DNA from: Minisyncoccota bacterium
GTDB lineage: Bacteria > Patescibacteriota > Minisyncoccia > Phycocordibacterales > Phycocordibacteraceae
DNA length: 64,000 nucleotides
Direction: 5' to 3'
NCBI GenBank assembly: GCA_036399335.1
Contig: DASWNF010000010.1
Coordinates: 4,066-68,065, forward strand
In this document: positions 38,027 through 48,139 of the stretch, one piece after another
Layout: each line of letters begins with the position of its first letter
How positions within the stretch are numbered: position 1 is the stretch's first letter
Program-made: the position numbers and the translations under genes
The notes under the pieces: generated by a model
What the model saw: the letters and a program-made list of their open reading frames with translations, nothing else
What the model was told of the DNA's origin: nothing
Database searches by the model: none

Positions 38027-40840
38027 ATGGCAACGAGCGAACCCTTCGAGAAAGCCTATGCCGGCCTTAACGCCGCGCAGAAGAAGGCCGTAGACGCCGT
38101 CGAGGGACCGGTGATGGTCATTGCAGGTCCCGGGACGGGGAAGACGCACATCCTCACGCTCCGCATCGCAAACATCCTCCGCCAGACCCAAGCAGGCCCC
38201 GAGAATATCCTCGCGCTTACGTTCACGGAGTCGGCGGCACGCACGGTGCGCAAGCGCCTCGGGCACTTCGTCGGCGACCAGGTCGCGCGCGACATTTTCA
38301 TATCGACCTTCCACGGCTTTGCCGAACATCTCCTTTCGCAGTACCCGGACTCCTTCAAGGAGGCGCGCGGAAAGCGCCTTGCGGGCGACGTCGAGATAGC
38401 ACTCCTCTGGCGCGAGGTGCTTGAGACCGAAGACTTGGTGGCACTCCGGACGACGAAGTCGCCGTACTTCTACCTTCCTGACCTCGCGCGCCTCAGGGAC
38501 GACCTCGTGCGCGAACGCATATCGCTTGATGACTACCGCGCATGGGGCGAGGCCGAGGCTGCGCGGCTGCGCACGGACGAATCACTCTTGTATGTGCGCG
38601 GCGAGAAGAAAGGCGAGTTAAAGCCCGAAGGACAGCGGAAGCTCGAACGGTTCGAGAAAGTGCATGAGGCCGCACGGCTCATCGAGGCGTACGAGGCGCT
38701 GAAGGAGAAGCGCGACGTCTACGACTTCGCCGACGTGCTCCGCATCGCCGTCGACGGGCTGAAGGAAGACGCGGCGCTCCGGGCAGACGTCCAGGAGCGT
38801 TACCAGTACGTGCTCGCCGACGAGCACCAGGACGCAAACGCCCTCCAGCATGCCTTCCTCGATACGCTCGCGTACGATGAGCACCCGAACCTCTTTGTCG
38901 TGGGCGACGAAAAGCAGGCCATATACCGCTTCCAGGGCGCTGACAGTTCGCACTTCCGCACCTTTACCGAAACATACCCGCGCACCGAGACCATCGTCCT
39001 CACGGATAGCTACCGCTCCCTCCCGGGCATCCTCGACGTGTGCCACGGCCTCACGCCGGGCATCACTGCCTCCCAGGGGGAGCATCTCCCGCTCTCGAGC
39101 GTCCGCGAAGGCTCAGCGAACCTCGGACTCCTCGTGGCATCCGACCCGCTCGCCGAGCGCGACCTCGTCGCGGGGCTCGTGGAGGAATCGATAGCCGAAG
39201 GGATAGAGCCGCATGAGATAGCTATCATCGCGAGCCGGAACGCGACCGCCGACCTCTTCGCGGAGCACCTTGCCGCGCGCGGCGTGCCCGTGCTGCGCGC
39301 AGGCGACGTGAAGCTTTCCTCGCGTCCGTTCGTTCGCTCCGTCCTCGCGCTCATGCGTACGGTCGCCGACCCGGCCGACCGTTCCGCGCTCCGCGAAGCC
39401 TTGCTTGCGCCTTGGTGGCCTATCCCGCTCGCCGAGCGCGCACTCCTCTTGCTCCGGAACCGCGACCGCGAGCTCTGGGACGGGCTTCGAGGCACGTATC
39501 CGGACATCGCCGGCATCATGGCAGGACTCCAGCAGGACGCGCTTGGCCTCGCGCCCCTCGCGCTCCTTTCGAAACTCCTCGCCGACTCGGGCGCGCGTGG
39601 GTATGCGCTTTCGCACGGCGAGCATCTTACGGACATTGCGCTCCTGCGCAAGCTTTTCATGCATGTCGAAGAACTGGTCGCGCGTGATCCGGATCGCTCC
39701 TTTGCCGATATCGTTTCGGCCCTTACGCGGGCGCACGAGCACGGCCTTGAGAGCGTAAAGACCTCGGCTACACTCGAGGAAGGGAAGGTGACCGTCATTA
39801 CGGCGCATAAGGCGAAGGGCATGGAATTCAAGAAGGTTTTCGTCGTCGGGCTTACGGCGCGTGCGTGGGAGAAGGGTGGCCTGCCTGCAAAGATCCCATC
39901 GCCCGTTGACCAGACTCGTTCGCTCGAGGACATCACCAAACTCTTCTATGTGGCCCTCTCACGCGCAAAGGACTCCCTCGTCCTGTCGTACCCTGCCGAG
40001 ACGGGTGAGGGCCGCGAGACCCCGCCTTCCGCGCTCATACCGGACGGCATAGGCGTCATTGAGGCGGTGGCCGACCCGTTGCCGCTCCTCCATGAGGTGA
40101 TCGATGCGCCGAAGGCCGTGAACGACCTCGTACGACGGTATCTTACCGAAGACGGCCTCTCACCGTCGGCGCTTAACGAATATCTCGACTCGCCCCCCAC
40201 CTTCTTTGCGCGCCGCGTCCTGCGCCTCCATGAGCCGGAATCACCGGCAACGGCCATAGGTTCGGCCGTGCACGCGGGCATTGCCGCCTACCTTGAGTCG
40301 AAGGACGTAGAAAACGCACACCTCACCCTCGACCGCTTCCTTAAGGGATCGCTCCTCCAGCGCAATGCGGCGTATGACCGCGTTGTCGAGCACGCGCGCG
40401 AGAGCCTTGTGCGGTACCTTGAGACGCCAAAGCCTTTAGCCGAGTCCCTCGCTATTGAGAAGGCGTATACGACGAAGCGCAGCGCCGAGGACACGGAAGT
40501 GCTCCTCTACGGCAAGCTCGACGCCCTCTTCGCTACGGAGGACGGTGAATGTATAGTTGACTTTAAGACGAGCCGGGAAGTGCAAACGAAGGACGAGAAG
40601 CATATGCGCCAGCTGGCCTTCTATGACTTCCTGCTTCGCGAAAACGGCCATGCGCCGATGCTCGCATCGATCGTGCAGGTCGGGCCCGAGGAGGTGAACG
40701 TATATCCCGTACCGCTTACGGACGAGACCCGCGCGGAACTTAAAAGTACTCTCGATACGGTGCTCACGGAGCTTTTGACGGGAAAGTGGCGAGCGGGCGA
40801 GGCGTCGGAGTACGACGAGCTCCTAGAACTTTTCAGATAG
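38027..40840 (+). CDS. UvrD/PcrA-family helicase fused to PD-(D/E)XK nuclease (AddA/AdnB-like)
   Basis: AGPGTGKT, LADEHQD, VGDEKQAIYRFQGA, TAHKAKGMEF, YVALSRAK; GKLD...IVDFKT, QLAFY. Confidence 0.92.
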   Translation: MATSEPFEKAYAGLNAAQKKAVDAVEGPVMVIAGPGTGKTHILTLRIANILRQTQAGPENILALTFTESAARTVRKRLGHFVGDQVARDIFISTFHGFAEHLLSQYPDSFKEARGKRLAGDVEIALLWREVLETEDLVALRTTKSPYFYLPDLARLRDDLVRERISLDDYRAWGEAEAARLRTDESLLYVRGEKKGELKPEGQRKLERFEKVHEAARLIEAYEALKEKRDVYDFADVLRIAVDGLKEDAALRADVQERYQYVLADEHQDANALQHAFLDTLAYDEHPNLFVVGDEKQAIYRFQGADSSHFRTFTETYPRTETIVLTDSYRSLPGILDVCHGLTPGITASQGEHLPLSSVREGSANLGLLVASDPLAERDLVAGLVEESIAEGIEPHEIAIIASRNATADLFAEHLAARGVPVLRAGDVKLSSRPFVRSVLALMRTVADPADRSALREALLAPWWPIPLAERALLLLRNRDRELWDGLRGTYPDIAGIMAGLQQDALGLAPLALLSKLLADSGARGYALSHGEHLTDIALLRKLFMHVEELVARDPDRSFADIVSALTRAHEHGLESVKTSATLEEGKVTVITAHKAKGMEFKKVFVVGLTARAWEKGGLPAKIPSPVDQTRSLEDITKLFYVALSRAKDSLVLSYPAETGEGRETPPSALIPDGIGVIEAVADPLPLLHEVIDAPKAVNDLVRRYLTEDGLSPSALNEYLDSPPTFFARRVLRLHEPESPATAIGSAVHAGIAAYLESKDVENAHLTLDRFLKGSLLQRNAAYDRVVEHARESLVRYLETPKPLAESLAIEKAYTTKRSAEDTEVLLYGKLDALFATEDGECIVDFKTSREVQTKDEKHMRQLAFYDFLLRENGHAPMLASIVQVGPEEVNVYPVPLTDETRAELKSTLDTVLTELLTGKWRAGEASEYDELLELFR

Positions 40841-40846
40841 CAGGGC

Positions 40847-40888
40847 ATAAGAAAAACCCCGGGGCAGATGCCCCGGGGTTTTTCTTAT
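40847..40888. terminator. Bidirectional terminator
   Basis: ataagaaaaaccccggggca-ga-tgccccggggtttttcttat. Confidence 0.85.
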
Positions 40889-40889
40889 G

Positions 40890-41024
40890 CTACTGGGCGT
40901 CGCGGTCCTGCTTCTTCAGTTCGGCCATCTGCTCAACGCTTTCTGCCGTATGGATGACGCCGTGCGAATCCTCCCAACGAAGGGGGCCGCTGTTTTGGCT
41001 AATGTTCTGAAATTTCTCGCTCAT
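40890..41024 (-). CDS. 44-aa small protein MSEKFQNISQNSGPLRWEDSHGVIHTAESVEQMAELKKQDRDAQ
   Basis: Manual translation; stop lies directly at the terminator. Confidence 0.5.
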   Translation of the reverse strand: MSEKFQNISQNSGPLRWEDSHGVIHTAESVEQMAELKKQDRDAQ

Positions 41025-41076
41025 AGGAATCAGCTATTTGTAACGTGCCCTAAGTGTCCCACTGTGGGGAGGGAAG

Positions 41077-41781
41077 TCAAGCACCGGCTTTGCGGATAGA
41101 TTCCTCGATAATGCGCTTCATGGCCTCGTACGGTACGGCGCCGTCTATGGTGACGGGCGGGCGGCCCTTGATGAGAATGACTGCAAACGGACTTCCGTCG
41201 GCGCCCGACTGGACCCCGTTCTCGAAGTCATCCATCACCCGCTCGGCGAAGGTGCTGTCCGTGAGGCAGTCGGTGACGGTTTCAGCTCGAAGGCCGAGGC
41301 CTTCGACGATGCCGGGATATTCGCTCGGGTCGAGCTGGTTCGTGCTCGGCGCGCGCGCGTGGACAGCATCGATGAAGCGCCAGAAGAGGGGCTCGCCGCC
41401 GATAGAGGCGACGCATTCGGCAGCTTCGGCGTGGCGGCGCGAGTTGGGGAACTGGTCGAGAAGGGGGAGGTGACGGTACACCCAGGCGACCTTGCCGCCC
41501 GCGGCGTACTCGGCCATGAGCTGCTGCATCGTGGCTTGGAAGCTCTTGGTGTACCCGGAGTCGATGTCAGCGTATTCAATGATGACGACGGGCGCACCGG
41601 GGTTCCCGATGATGTGGTCGTCCTCACCGATGGGGCGCACGAGCGAAACGTCGCCGCCCGTCGGAAGGGCCACTTCCTTGCTCCTGATGGCATAGGTCGC
41701 GAGCGCGAGTATGATGCCGGCGACGATGATGGCGCCGGGTACGAGCCAGCTGTCGCGGTGCCTGTCCTGTATCTCATCCAT
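41077..41781 (-). CDS. DsbA/thioredoxin-fold membrane-anchored protein lacking CxxC
   Basis: DHIIGNPGAPVVIIEYAD, VYRHLPL, AAECV, GADGSP, GAVPYE; SGYT at the CxxC position. Confidence 0.85.
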   Translation of the reverse strand: MDEIQDRHRDSWLVPGAIIVAGIILALATYAIRSKEVALPTGGDVSLVRPIGEDDHIIGNPGAPVVIIEYADIDSGYTKSFQATMQQLMAEYAAGGKVAWVYRHLPLLDQFPNSRRHAEAAECVASIGGEPLFWRFIDAVHARAPSTNQLDPSEYPGIVEGLGLRAETVTDCLTDSTFAERVMDDFENGVQSGADGSPFAVILIKGRPPVTIDGAVPYEAMKRIIEESIRKAGA

Positions 41782-41851
41782 AGGAAAAGGATAGCATGGC
41801 AAAGGGCATGGCCGCGGGGGTACCGCGGCCATGTAATTACGCCCATGCTGC

Positions 41852-42370
41852 TTAGAGCGTCATCCGCCCGTCTTCGATGAAGGCGAGGAAGTACGTCCCG
41901 CTCGGCAAATCGGCAGTGACGGCCGACTCGACGGTGATGATTTTCCCGTCCCCGTTCACCAGCTTCGGGAAGGTGCCTTCGTCGGTGAGCTCGTGCCCCC
42001 GTTCGAGGTAGAGGGCGGCGAGCGAGAGCGCGAGGACCGGTGCCCTCACCTGGCTTCCGGTCATTTGCTTGCGGTACCGTTCGAGGTCCATGCGGTCGGC
42101 GTGGACGTATCCCGCGCGCCCGATAACCCGGATGGCCCATGAGGCGCGGACCGGGTAATCGAAGTGAACGAGGACGCCTTGCTTGGTTGCCGGACGGCGG
42201 GAGCGGGCGATGTCGCCATCCCAGAGCTCGAGGGAGCTGTGCAGGGAATTCCCCTGAGTGACCTCGAACGGTTCGGACACGTGCATGCCCATGAAGACCG
42301 TTTCCGCCTGGAGCGACGAAGTCGAGACGAAGAGCAGTAGAAAAAGTGCGAGAGCCCGTATCAGCTTCAT
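41852..42370 (-). CDS. Secreted hypothetical protein
   Basis: Signal peptide MKLIRALALFLLLFVSTSSLQA; double GGAGG SD. Confidence 0.75.
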   Translation of the reverse strand: MKLIRALALFLLLFVSTSSLQAETVFMGMHVSEPFEVTQGNSLHSSLELWDGDIARSRRPATKQGVLVHFDYPVRASWAIRVIGRAGYVHADRMDLERYRKQMTGSQVRAPVLALSLAALYLERGHELTDEGTFPKLVNGDGKIITVESAVTADLPSGTYFLAFIEDGRMTL

Positions 42371-42440
42371 AGCATCCTCCTGTTTCCTCCTTCCTTATAC
42401 ACCCAGGAGGGCAGCGCACAAGGTGCTATGAACAGGGAGC

Positions 42441-43019
42441 CTAGAAAGGCAGGGTGTGCGTCATTGCTGCACCCTCGACATCTTCGAGCCAATGCTTGGT
42501 ATCGAGCTTGATGTCCCGCTTCTCTTTCAGGTCCTTATATTTAAGTACGTTGTGCTTGAGGGCGTAGTCGAAGAGCTCGCGGGTAATGCGCACGTCCTCG
42601 ATGCAGTACTCGCGGACCTTGTCGTGGAGGCCCTGGTCCCACCACTCGATGGCCTTGAGCCCGTCACCTGACTTCCCGCGTCCGAGCGTCGCTTCGGCGA
42701 GCGACTGGAGGCGAAGTCTGCGGCCGAGCACCTTCTGGACTTCGACCATGAGGTCGATCGAGCGGATGCGCGTGAGGTCGCCCGGGTAGTAGCGGTTCAA
42801 GATGGGGATGTCGAAGGAGTCCGAGTTGTATCCGATGAGCACGTCGGCGCGTTCGAGTATGGGCCAGAGCGTGCCGAGTTCCTCTTTAACGTATGAGGCA
42901 TAGGTGTCCGTCTCGGAGTCGTGCACGCCGACCACCGTCAGTTCCATGACCGAAGAGTCAAGGCGTCCCAGGCTGCCGAAGGGCGAGCGGGTTTCAATAT
43001 CAAACGTAATGGCACGCAT
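42441..43019 (-). CDS. RNase H-like DEDD exonuclease-domain protein (YprB-like)
   Basis: FDIET, GYNSDSFDIP, YCIEDV. Confidence 0.85.
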   Translation of the reverse strand: MRAITFDIETRSPFGSLGRLDSSVMELTVVGVHDSETDTYASYVKEELGTLWPILERADVLIGYNSDSFDIPILNRYYPGDLTRIRSIDLMVEVQKVLGRRLRLQSLAEATLGRGKSGDGLKAIEWWDQGLHDKVREYCIEDVRITRELFDYALKHNVLKYKDLKEKRDIKLDTKHWLEDVEGAAMTHTLPF

Positions 43020-43031
43020 ACGGAAACAGGG

Positions 43032-44306
43032 TTAGGCGATTTCTCCCGTACCACTCAGGTGTGCGGCAATCTCCGTAAGCGCGACCTCGCTCACGCTCCC
43101 CGTTGCGAGCGTCTTCACCTTCAGTATTCCCGATCCGGCTTCTTCGGCGCCGTAGGCGACGAAGTGCGGGATGCGGCGGCGGTCGGCATCCTTCACCTGG
43201 TCGCCAAGCGGCTTCTGGGTGAGGTTCACGAAGACGCGTACGCCGCGCGTGCGGAGGTCGCGCGCGAAGAGCTGCGCGGCCGGTACGTCCTCGGGCGTCG
43301 GCGTGCCGACATAGAGCGTAGGGGCATGCGACCGTCGCGGCATGAGCGCGTGGGTCTCGAGGAAGTCCATAAGGGTGACGTCCCCCATGCCAAAGCCGAT
43401 GGCTGGGATAGGGTCGCCGCCGAAGGCGGCGACCAGGCCGTCGTACCGTCCGCCCCCGAAGAGCGCTCGCGTATTCTCAGAGGACGCATCGTATACCTCG
43501 AATATGGTGCCCGTGTAGTAATCAAAGCCGCGGGTAATGGTCGGGTCGAAGACGACGTTCGGCACGCCGCGCGCTTCAAGCGCCTTAATCATGCCCGTAA
43601 CGGCAGCGAGCGGCTCGGCAACAGAGGCGTCTTCTTTCTCAATGAGCGTAAGCGGGTTGTTGGGGGTGATGGCCGCTGCCTTTTCCGTAAACGTCACCTC
43701 GTCCATCTTGTCCTTCTTATCAAGCAGGCGGAGGTAGTTCCGCGATTGCTCCGTATCAAGCCCGGATGCCTTGCACGCCGCATCAAGGAGCCTCCTCGAG
43801 TTAAGGCGGATGGTGAAGTGTTCGGGCGAAGCGCCGAAGGCCTTGAGGACGCTCGAGGCGATATGTACGATCTCGATGTCCGCTTCACCCTCGGGAAGCC
43901 CGACGAGGTCGACATTCAGCTGGTAGTGCTCGCGCAGGCGCCCGCGCTGGGGGCGCTCATAGCGGAAGGCGTTCGGGATGGAGAACCAGCGGAGCGGAAG
44001 GGTCAGCTCGCGCCGCTTTGCGGCCACCATGCGCGCCAAGGTAGGCGTCATCTCGGGGCGGAGCGTCACGCGGCGCCCGCCGCGGTCCTCAAAGGTGTAC
44101 GTCTGCTCGTTTACGATTTCCTCGGACGTCTTGCTCTCGTAGAGTTCGGCGCGCTCAAGCGGGGAGGCGGCATATTCTTCATACCCCCAGAGCGCGAGGC
44201 GCTCACGGATAATTTCAAACGCGTTCGTAAGTGTCGCCCAGTCTTCGGGATAGAAGTCCCGGACGCCCTTATACGGATCGGTCGAAAGGGGCTCTCGCTC
44301 AGTCAT
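43032..44306 (-). CDS. hisS: Histidine--tRNA ligase
   Basis: GVRDFYP, LRPEMT, FRYERPQRGR, RGFDYYTG, GGGRYDGL. Confidence 0.97.
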   Translation of the reverse strand: MTEREPLSTDPYKGVRDFYPEDWATLTNAFEIIRERLALWGYEEYAASPLERAELYESKTSEEIVNEQTYTFEDRGGRRVTLRPEMTPTLARMVAAKRRELTLPLRWFSIPNAFRYERPQRGRLREHYQLNVDLVGLPEGEADIEIVHIASSVLKAFGASPEHFTIRLNSRRLLDAACKASGLDTEQSRNYLRLLDKKDKMDEVTFTEKAAAITPNNPLTLIEKEDASVAEPLAAVTGMIKALEARGVPNVVFDPTITRGFDYYTGTIFEVYDASSENTRALFGGGRYDGLVAAFGGDPIPAIGFGMGDVTLMDFLETHALMPRRSHAPTLYVGTPTPEDVPAAQLFARDLRTRGVRVFVNLTQKPLGDQVKDADRRRIPHFVAYGAEEAGSGILKVKTLATGSVSEVALTEIAAHLSGTGEIA

Positions 44307-44332
44307 GTGGCTAGTGTAGCAGATTGCCGTCC

Positions 44333-44617
44333 TTAGCCCCTAAACGGCAAGAAGGTGTAGGCAAGAAGTAGGATCGGGAGCACGAGCGGTGCGAGTGCCC
44401 AGGTAAAGGACTTCTTCTTATGCGCGAGTACGATGGCCACAATGGTGAGAACGGGGTACAGGAGGGCGACACCCAGCAGTGCAAGCGTTACGGTCGTCGC
44501 CATCGGCGTGCCGCTGTCGCTGCCAAGCGCCCCGAAGATAAACATGAAAAACGCGAAGACGAGCGACAGCACGAACGAAGCGATGCTTGCAAGGATGAGG
44601 AGGATGCGATTGGTCAT
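44333..44617 (-). CDS. Small membrane protein (3 TM)
   Basis: Hydrophobic 94 aa, co-directional with neighbours. Confidence 0.7.
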   Translation of the reverse strand: MTNRILLILASIASFVLSLVFAFFMFIFGALGSDSGTPMATTVTLALLGVALLYPVLTIVAIVLAHKKKSFTWALAPLVLPILLLAYTFLPFRG

Positions 44618-44628
44618 GTGGGTAGGGA

Positions 44629-45189
44629 TTAGATGCCGGTCTTAACCGGCTCGTCGTTCTCGTCCGCGTGGAGCGCGGCGACTTCGCGCATGATGAGGTC
44701 GCGGATAAATTCGGGGAAGCGTATGCCGCGCATGCAGAACGTATCATGGGAGCCGGCAGTCTCGACGTTTATGTTCCCGAAGCCGATGAGGGTGGCGAAG
44801 ATACCGTGCACGTCCGTCGTCACGTCCTGTACGCGGATAAGGAGGAAGCTCGACACCCGACGCCTAAAGAAGCCTATCTGCTTGATGTCGACGATGCGGT
44901 GCGAGGTAATGACCCAGACTGTGAGGAAGTATTTGGTAACGATATGGAAGATGGCCATCCAAAGGAACAGCCACCACAGCCCGAGGAAAAAGCGCGCGCT
45001 TGAGGACGTTTCGGCAAGCGGGAGGGAGTCAGCGGCTCCTGTCGACATGAGTGCGGTAAATACGGGTGCGAGCACGAAAGGGGCGAGCGCGAGGAGGAGG
45101 TACGGCACAAGGCGCAGGAACAGCACAAAGAGGTGCTGTCGCACCTGGGTGATGATGTGCTCGCCGGGTTCGAGTTCGAATTCTTCCAT
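44629..45189 (-). CDS. Membrane protein with bacterial PH (bPH_2) domain
   Basis: Two TM, then VITSHRIVDIKQIGFF...QDV...FGNINVETAG. Confidence 0.8.
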   Translation of the reverse strand: MEEFELEPGEHIITQVRQHLFVLFLRLVPYLLLALAPFVLAPVFTALMSTGAADSLPLAETSSSARFFLGLWWLFLWMAIFHIVTKYFLTVWVITSHRIVDIKQIGFFRRRVSSFLLIRVQDVTTDVHGIFATLIGFGNINVETAGSHDTFCMRGIRFPEFIRDLIMREVAALHADENDEPVKTGI

Positions 45190-45193
45190 ATGA

Positions 45194-45490
45194 TTATCGT
45201 AGCCCGGCGACGGTCACCAGCATAAGGAACCCGGATATAACGACGTGGGTAACGAAGAGCGGGATGGCAAGGAGGGAGCGGTGGCCGTAGCGGAACCAGT
45301 GGTACGCGGCAACGAGCGTATACGCGATCCAAAAGAAAAAGACGAGGGCGAATATCCCCGGAAGGACGTGCTCGACGCTCGGCAAGGCGCTTTGGACGGA
45401 AAGGCTTCCCGTACCCGTACCAGACGAAGAAGAGCCAAGCGTAAACCACTGGGGCGTCGGGAAGGGGTCAATCGGCCCAGGCTCATCCAT
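45194..45490 (-). CDS. Small membrane protein
   Basis: Two TM flanking YHWFRYG; coupled to prmC. Confidence 0.7.
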   Translation of the reverse strand: MDEPGPIDPFPTPQWFTLGSSSSGTGTGSLSVQSALPSVEHVLPGIFALVFFFWIAYTLVAAYHWFRYGHRSLLAIPLFVTHVVISGFLMLVTVAGLR

Positions 45491-45492
45491 AC

Positions 45493-46260
45493 CTACCAGT
45501 ATGACACTACGAGACGGGGGCGACCATACTGGTCCGTGTGGAGTGCGGACTCTTTCGCGCCTGCCTCGCGGATAAGCGCGACGGCTTCTTCTGCATGGGC
45601 AATGTCACATTCGAGCCAGAGTTCGCCTGCAAGGCGAAGGTGCTTCGGCGCGTCTGTCGCAATCTGCCGGATGAGGCTCAGGCCGTCGGCTCCCGCGTAG
45701 AGCGCAACAGCGGGCTCGAAGCCGGTGACGCTTTCCGGAAGCACACGGCTCTCGGGCACGTACGGGGGGTTCGTCGCAATGGCATCAAAAGTCAGTCCGC
45801 TGAGCTGGGCGAAGAGGTCGCCCGTATGTATGCGCGCCCGAGACGCGTCGAGGCCGTTGCCTTCTACGTTCTTTCGCACAAGCGCAGCGTGCTCGGGGAT
45901 GAGTTCGGAGAAGTGGACTTCTGCGCGCGGGAACTTCGCAAGGACGCTGAGGCCGATGGCGCCGGATCCTGCGCACAAGTCGAGGAAGGTGAAGGGCGCG
46001 TCCTTAAAGCGAGCCGCGAGGTGTTCGATAAGATTTGCCGTCCACCATTCGGTCTCGGGACGGGGGATGAGAGGGCAGCTATCGAGTCCTATCTTAAGGC
46101 CGAGGAAGGGCACCCAGCCGATGACGTAAGCGAGAGGCTCGCCGGACGCTAGTCGCGCGATATCTCCTGTAAGGTCGGCACCCGGATTATCCCCGTATTT
46201 ATCGCGCCTAAGCGCACGGAGGTCTTCCGGGGTCGGGGGAGTTTCGTCTTCCGTGGACAT
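45493..46260 (-). CDS. prmC: Release factor glutamine methyltransferase (HemK)
   Basis: GEPLAYVIG, LIPRPETE, LDLCAGSGAIG, NPPY. Confidence 0.93.
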   Translation of the reverse strand: MSTEDETPPTPEDLRALRRDKYGDNPGADLTGDIARLASGEPLAYVIGWVPFLGLKIGLDSCPLIPRPETEWWTANLIEHLAARFKDAPFTFLDLCAGSGAIGLSVLAKFPRAEVHFSELIPEHAALVRKNVEGNGLDASRARIHTGDLFAQLSGLTFDAIATNPPYVPESRVLPESVTGFEPAVALYAGADGLSLIRQIATDAPKHLRLAGELWLECDIAHAEEAVALIREAGAKESALHTDQYGRPRLVVSYW

Positions 46261-46301
46261 ATGTGCGCCAGTGTACCAGCCATAAGGTACACTGTGGGCA
46301 T

Positions 46302-46760
46302 ATGCGTATTCATACCTGGAATGTAGTGTTCTCGCTCTTCTTTGCCGCCCTCGTTTTCTATGGCATCTGGTGGCTCGCCGCTTCGCAACTCTTCTTCGAG
46401 ATCCCGAACCGTGACCTCTTCCTTATTACGCTCGCCGTCTTCCGCCTCGTACGTCTCTTTACCTACGACGTCATCACGGCTTTCATACGCGAGTGGTTCG
46501 TCGAGTCGCAGCCTAACACCTTTGGTCACACGCTCGGAACGCTCCTCAACTGCCCGTGGTGCACCGGCCTCTGGTTCAGCTTCATCATCGTCTTCGCCTA
46601 CTTCGCGACGCCATTTGCGTGGCCCGTCATCCTCGTCCTTGCGGTCGCTGCGCTCGCATCCCTTGTGCAGGTCTTCGCGAACTTCATCGGATGGTCTGCC
46701 GAATTGAAGAAGCGTGAAGCACAGGGCACCGGTACGCACACGCATACGTGCGGGGGCTAG
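46302..46760 (+). CDS. DUF1360 family membrane protein
   Basis: LAVFRLVRLFTYDVIT..IR, LLNCPWCTGLW. Confidence 0.85.
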   Translation: MRIHTWNVVFSLFFAALVFYGIWWLAASQLFFEIPNRDLFLITLAVFRLVRLFTYDVITAFIREWFVESQPNTFGHTLGTLLNCPWCTGLWFSFIIVFAYFATPFAWPVILVLAVAALASLVQVFANFIGWSAELKKREAQGTGTHTHTCGG

Positions 46761-46871
46761 TCGCTCACCAGATCATCTAGACCGTATACGGGTCTCTGTA
46801 GCCGATTGATTTCCCTATAGATAGGTATACAGTCAATCCTGGACAATAACCCTAGCTCCAGGAGCCATGAC

Positions 46872-47429
46872 ATGGACCAGCTATCTCCAATTACGGGAGA
46901 GGACGCACAATCCGTCCCCTCCTGCTCCTTCTGCGGAAGGTCACGGCATGAGGTAAAGAAGATGGCCGCGGCCCCTAAGCCCGGCATCTTTATTTGCGAC
47001 CAATGCGCTGAGACGGCCCGCGAAATCTTCAGCGAGGACGGCGTTTCAGTGCAGGCGCTCGACGACTTCCACATAACGTTCCTTGAGGTCGTGGGGACGG
47101 AGAGCGGCTCGTGCTTCAGCTTCGGGACGGTTACGTTCCCCGAAATCAGCTGTGTCGTCTTCGACAGCCCGGTCATGTTCGGCAAGGTTACGCTGCAGGT
47201 GTTTCGGGGAGACCTGAGGTACCCCGAGCCCGACCGGCTGTTCTTCGAAGAATATGGGACGCACGGGGCGTCGACGGCCTTCTTCCAGCAGAAGTCGGAC
47301 TGGAACGAGGCGAAGTTCGTCGACCACCACCTCAAGGCCGAATTCTTCCAAGAAGGGGACCGGCTCGTCATCAGCGGACACCGTACCGCCCTTACCCAGG
47401 AGCGCGTGGAAACCTTCCAGAACCCGTAA
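46872..47429 (+). CDS. ClpX C4-type zinc finger fused to unknown domain
   Basis: CSFCGRS...VKKM...FICDQC; no AAA+ domain. Confidence 0.75.
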   Translation: MDQLSPITGEDAQSVPSCSFCGRSRHEVKKMAAAPKPGIFICDQCAETAREIFSEDGVSVQALDDFHITFLEVVGTESGSCFSFGTVTFPEISCVVFDSPVMFGKVTLQVFRGDLRYPEPDRLFFEEYGTHGASTAFFQQKSDWNEAKFVDHHLKAEFFQEGDRLVISGHRTALTQERVETFQNP

Positions 47430-47568
47430 CGCCTTCGCCGGCCGCCCAGTCTCACTTGGGCGGCCGGCTTTACGGATATAAAAGTTCTGCAGGAAGGATA
47501 AAGAAAAACACCCCGCCGAAGCGGGGTGTTTTTTTGAGGGAGCTAGGAAGCGAAGCTTGCTAGCTGCT

Positions 47569-47940
47569 CTAGTAGCCGCCGCCGAAGCCGCCGCCACCGT
47601 AGCCACCGCGGTTTCCACCGCCGTAGCCGCCAGCGCCTCCATTGCCACCAGCGCCGCCGCCACGATTGTTATCGCGGGGAGGGCGGTCGCCCTGCGGGCG
47701 TGCCATAGAGACCGAAAGCATGCGGCCATCGAACTCCTTGCCGTCCCAACGGTCGATAGCCGCTTGGGCTTCTTCCTCGGACGCCATTTCGACGAAGCCG
47801 AAACCGCGTGAGCGGCCGGTCATGCGATCGCTGATAATGCTGACGGACGTGACCGTACCTGCTTCTTCGAAAGCGGTGCGCATCTCGTCTTCGGTCGTGC
47901 GGTATGGGATACCGCCGACATAGAGCTTGCTTGTTGCCAT
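47569..47940 (-). CDS. RRM RNA-binding protein with Gly-rich tail
   Basis: RNP2 LYVGGI, RNP1 RGFGFVEM. Confidence 0.95.
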   Translation of the reverse strand: MATSKLYVGGIPYRTTEDEMRTAFEEAGTVTSVSIISDRMTGRSRGFGFVEMASEEEAQAAIDRWDGKEFDGRMLSVSMARPQGDRPPRDNNRGGGAGGNGGAGGYGGGNRGGYGGGGFGGGY

Positions 47941-48139
47941 GTGGGCTAGTGAAAAAACGGATAACCTCGCAGATGCCGAACTTTTGATGACGACTCCTTG
48001 GGGGAGGGCACGCGAGCAGGTAGATCGGCGAGTTAGCGCCATTATGCTACAGACGAGCTAAAATCGCAAGACAGCTAGGGCGGGGTGTGGATAGGGAAAG
48101 GGGCCGGCGTATCGGGTGATACGCCGGCCCGTATGGTGC

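Noticed and set aside
41235-42419. 394-aa ORF spanning two genes
   Set aside because: Arg/Pro-rich alternative frame over two better-supported CDSs
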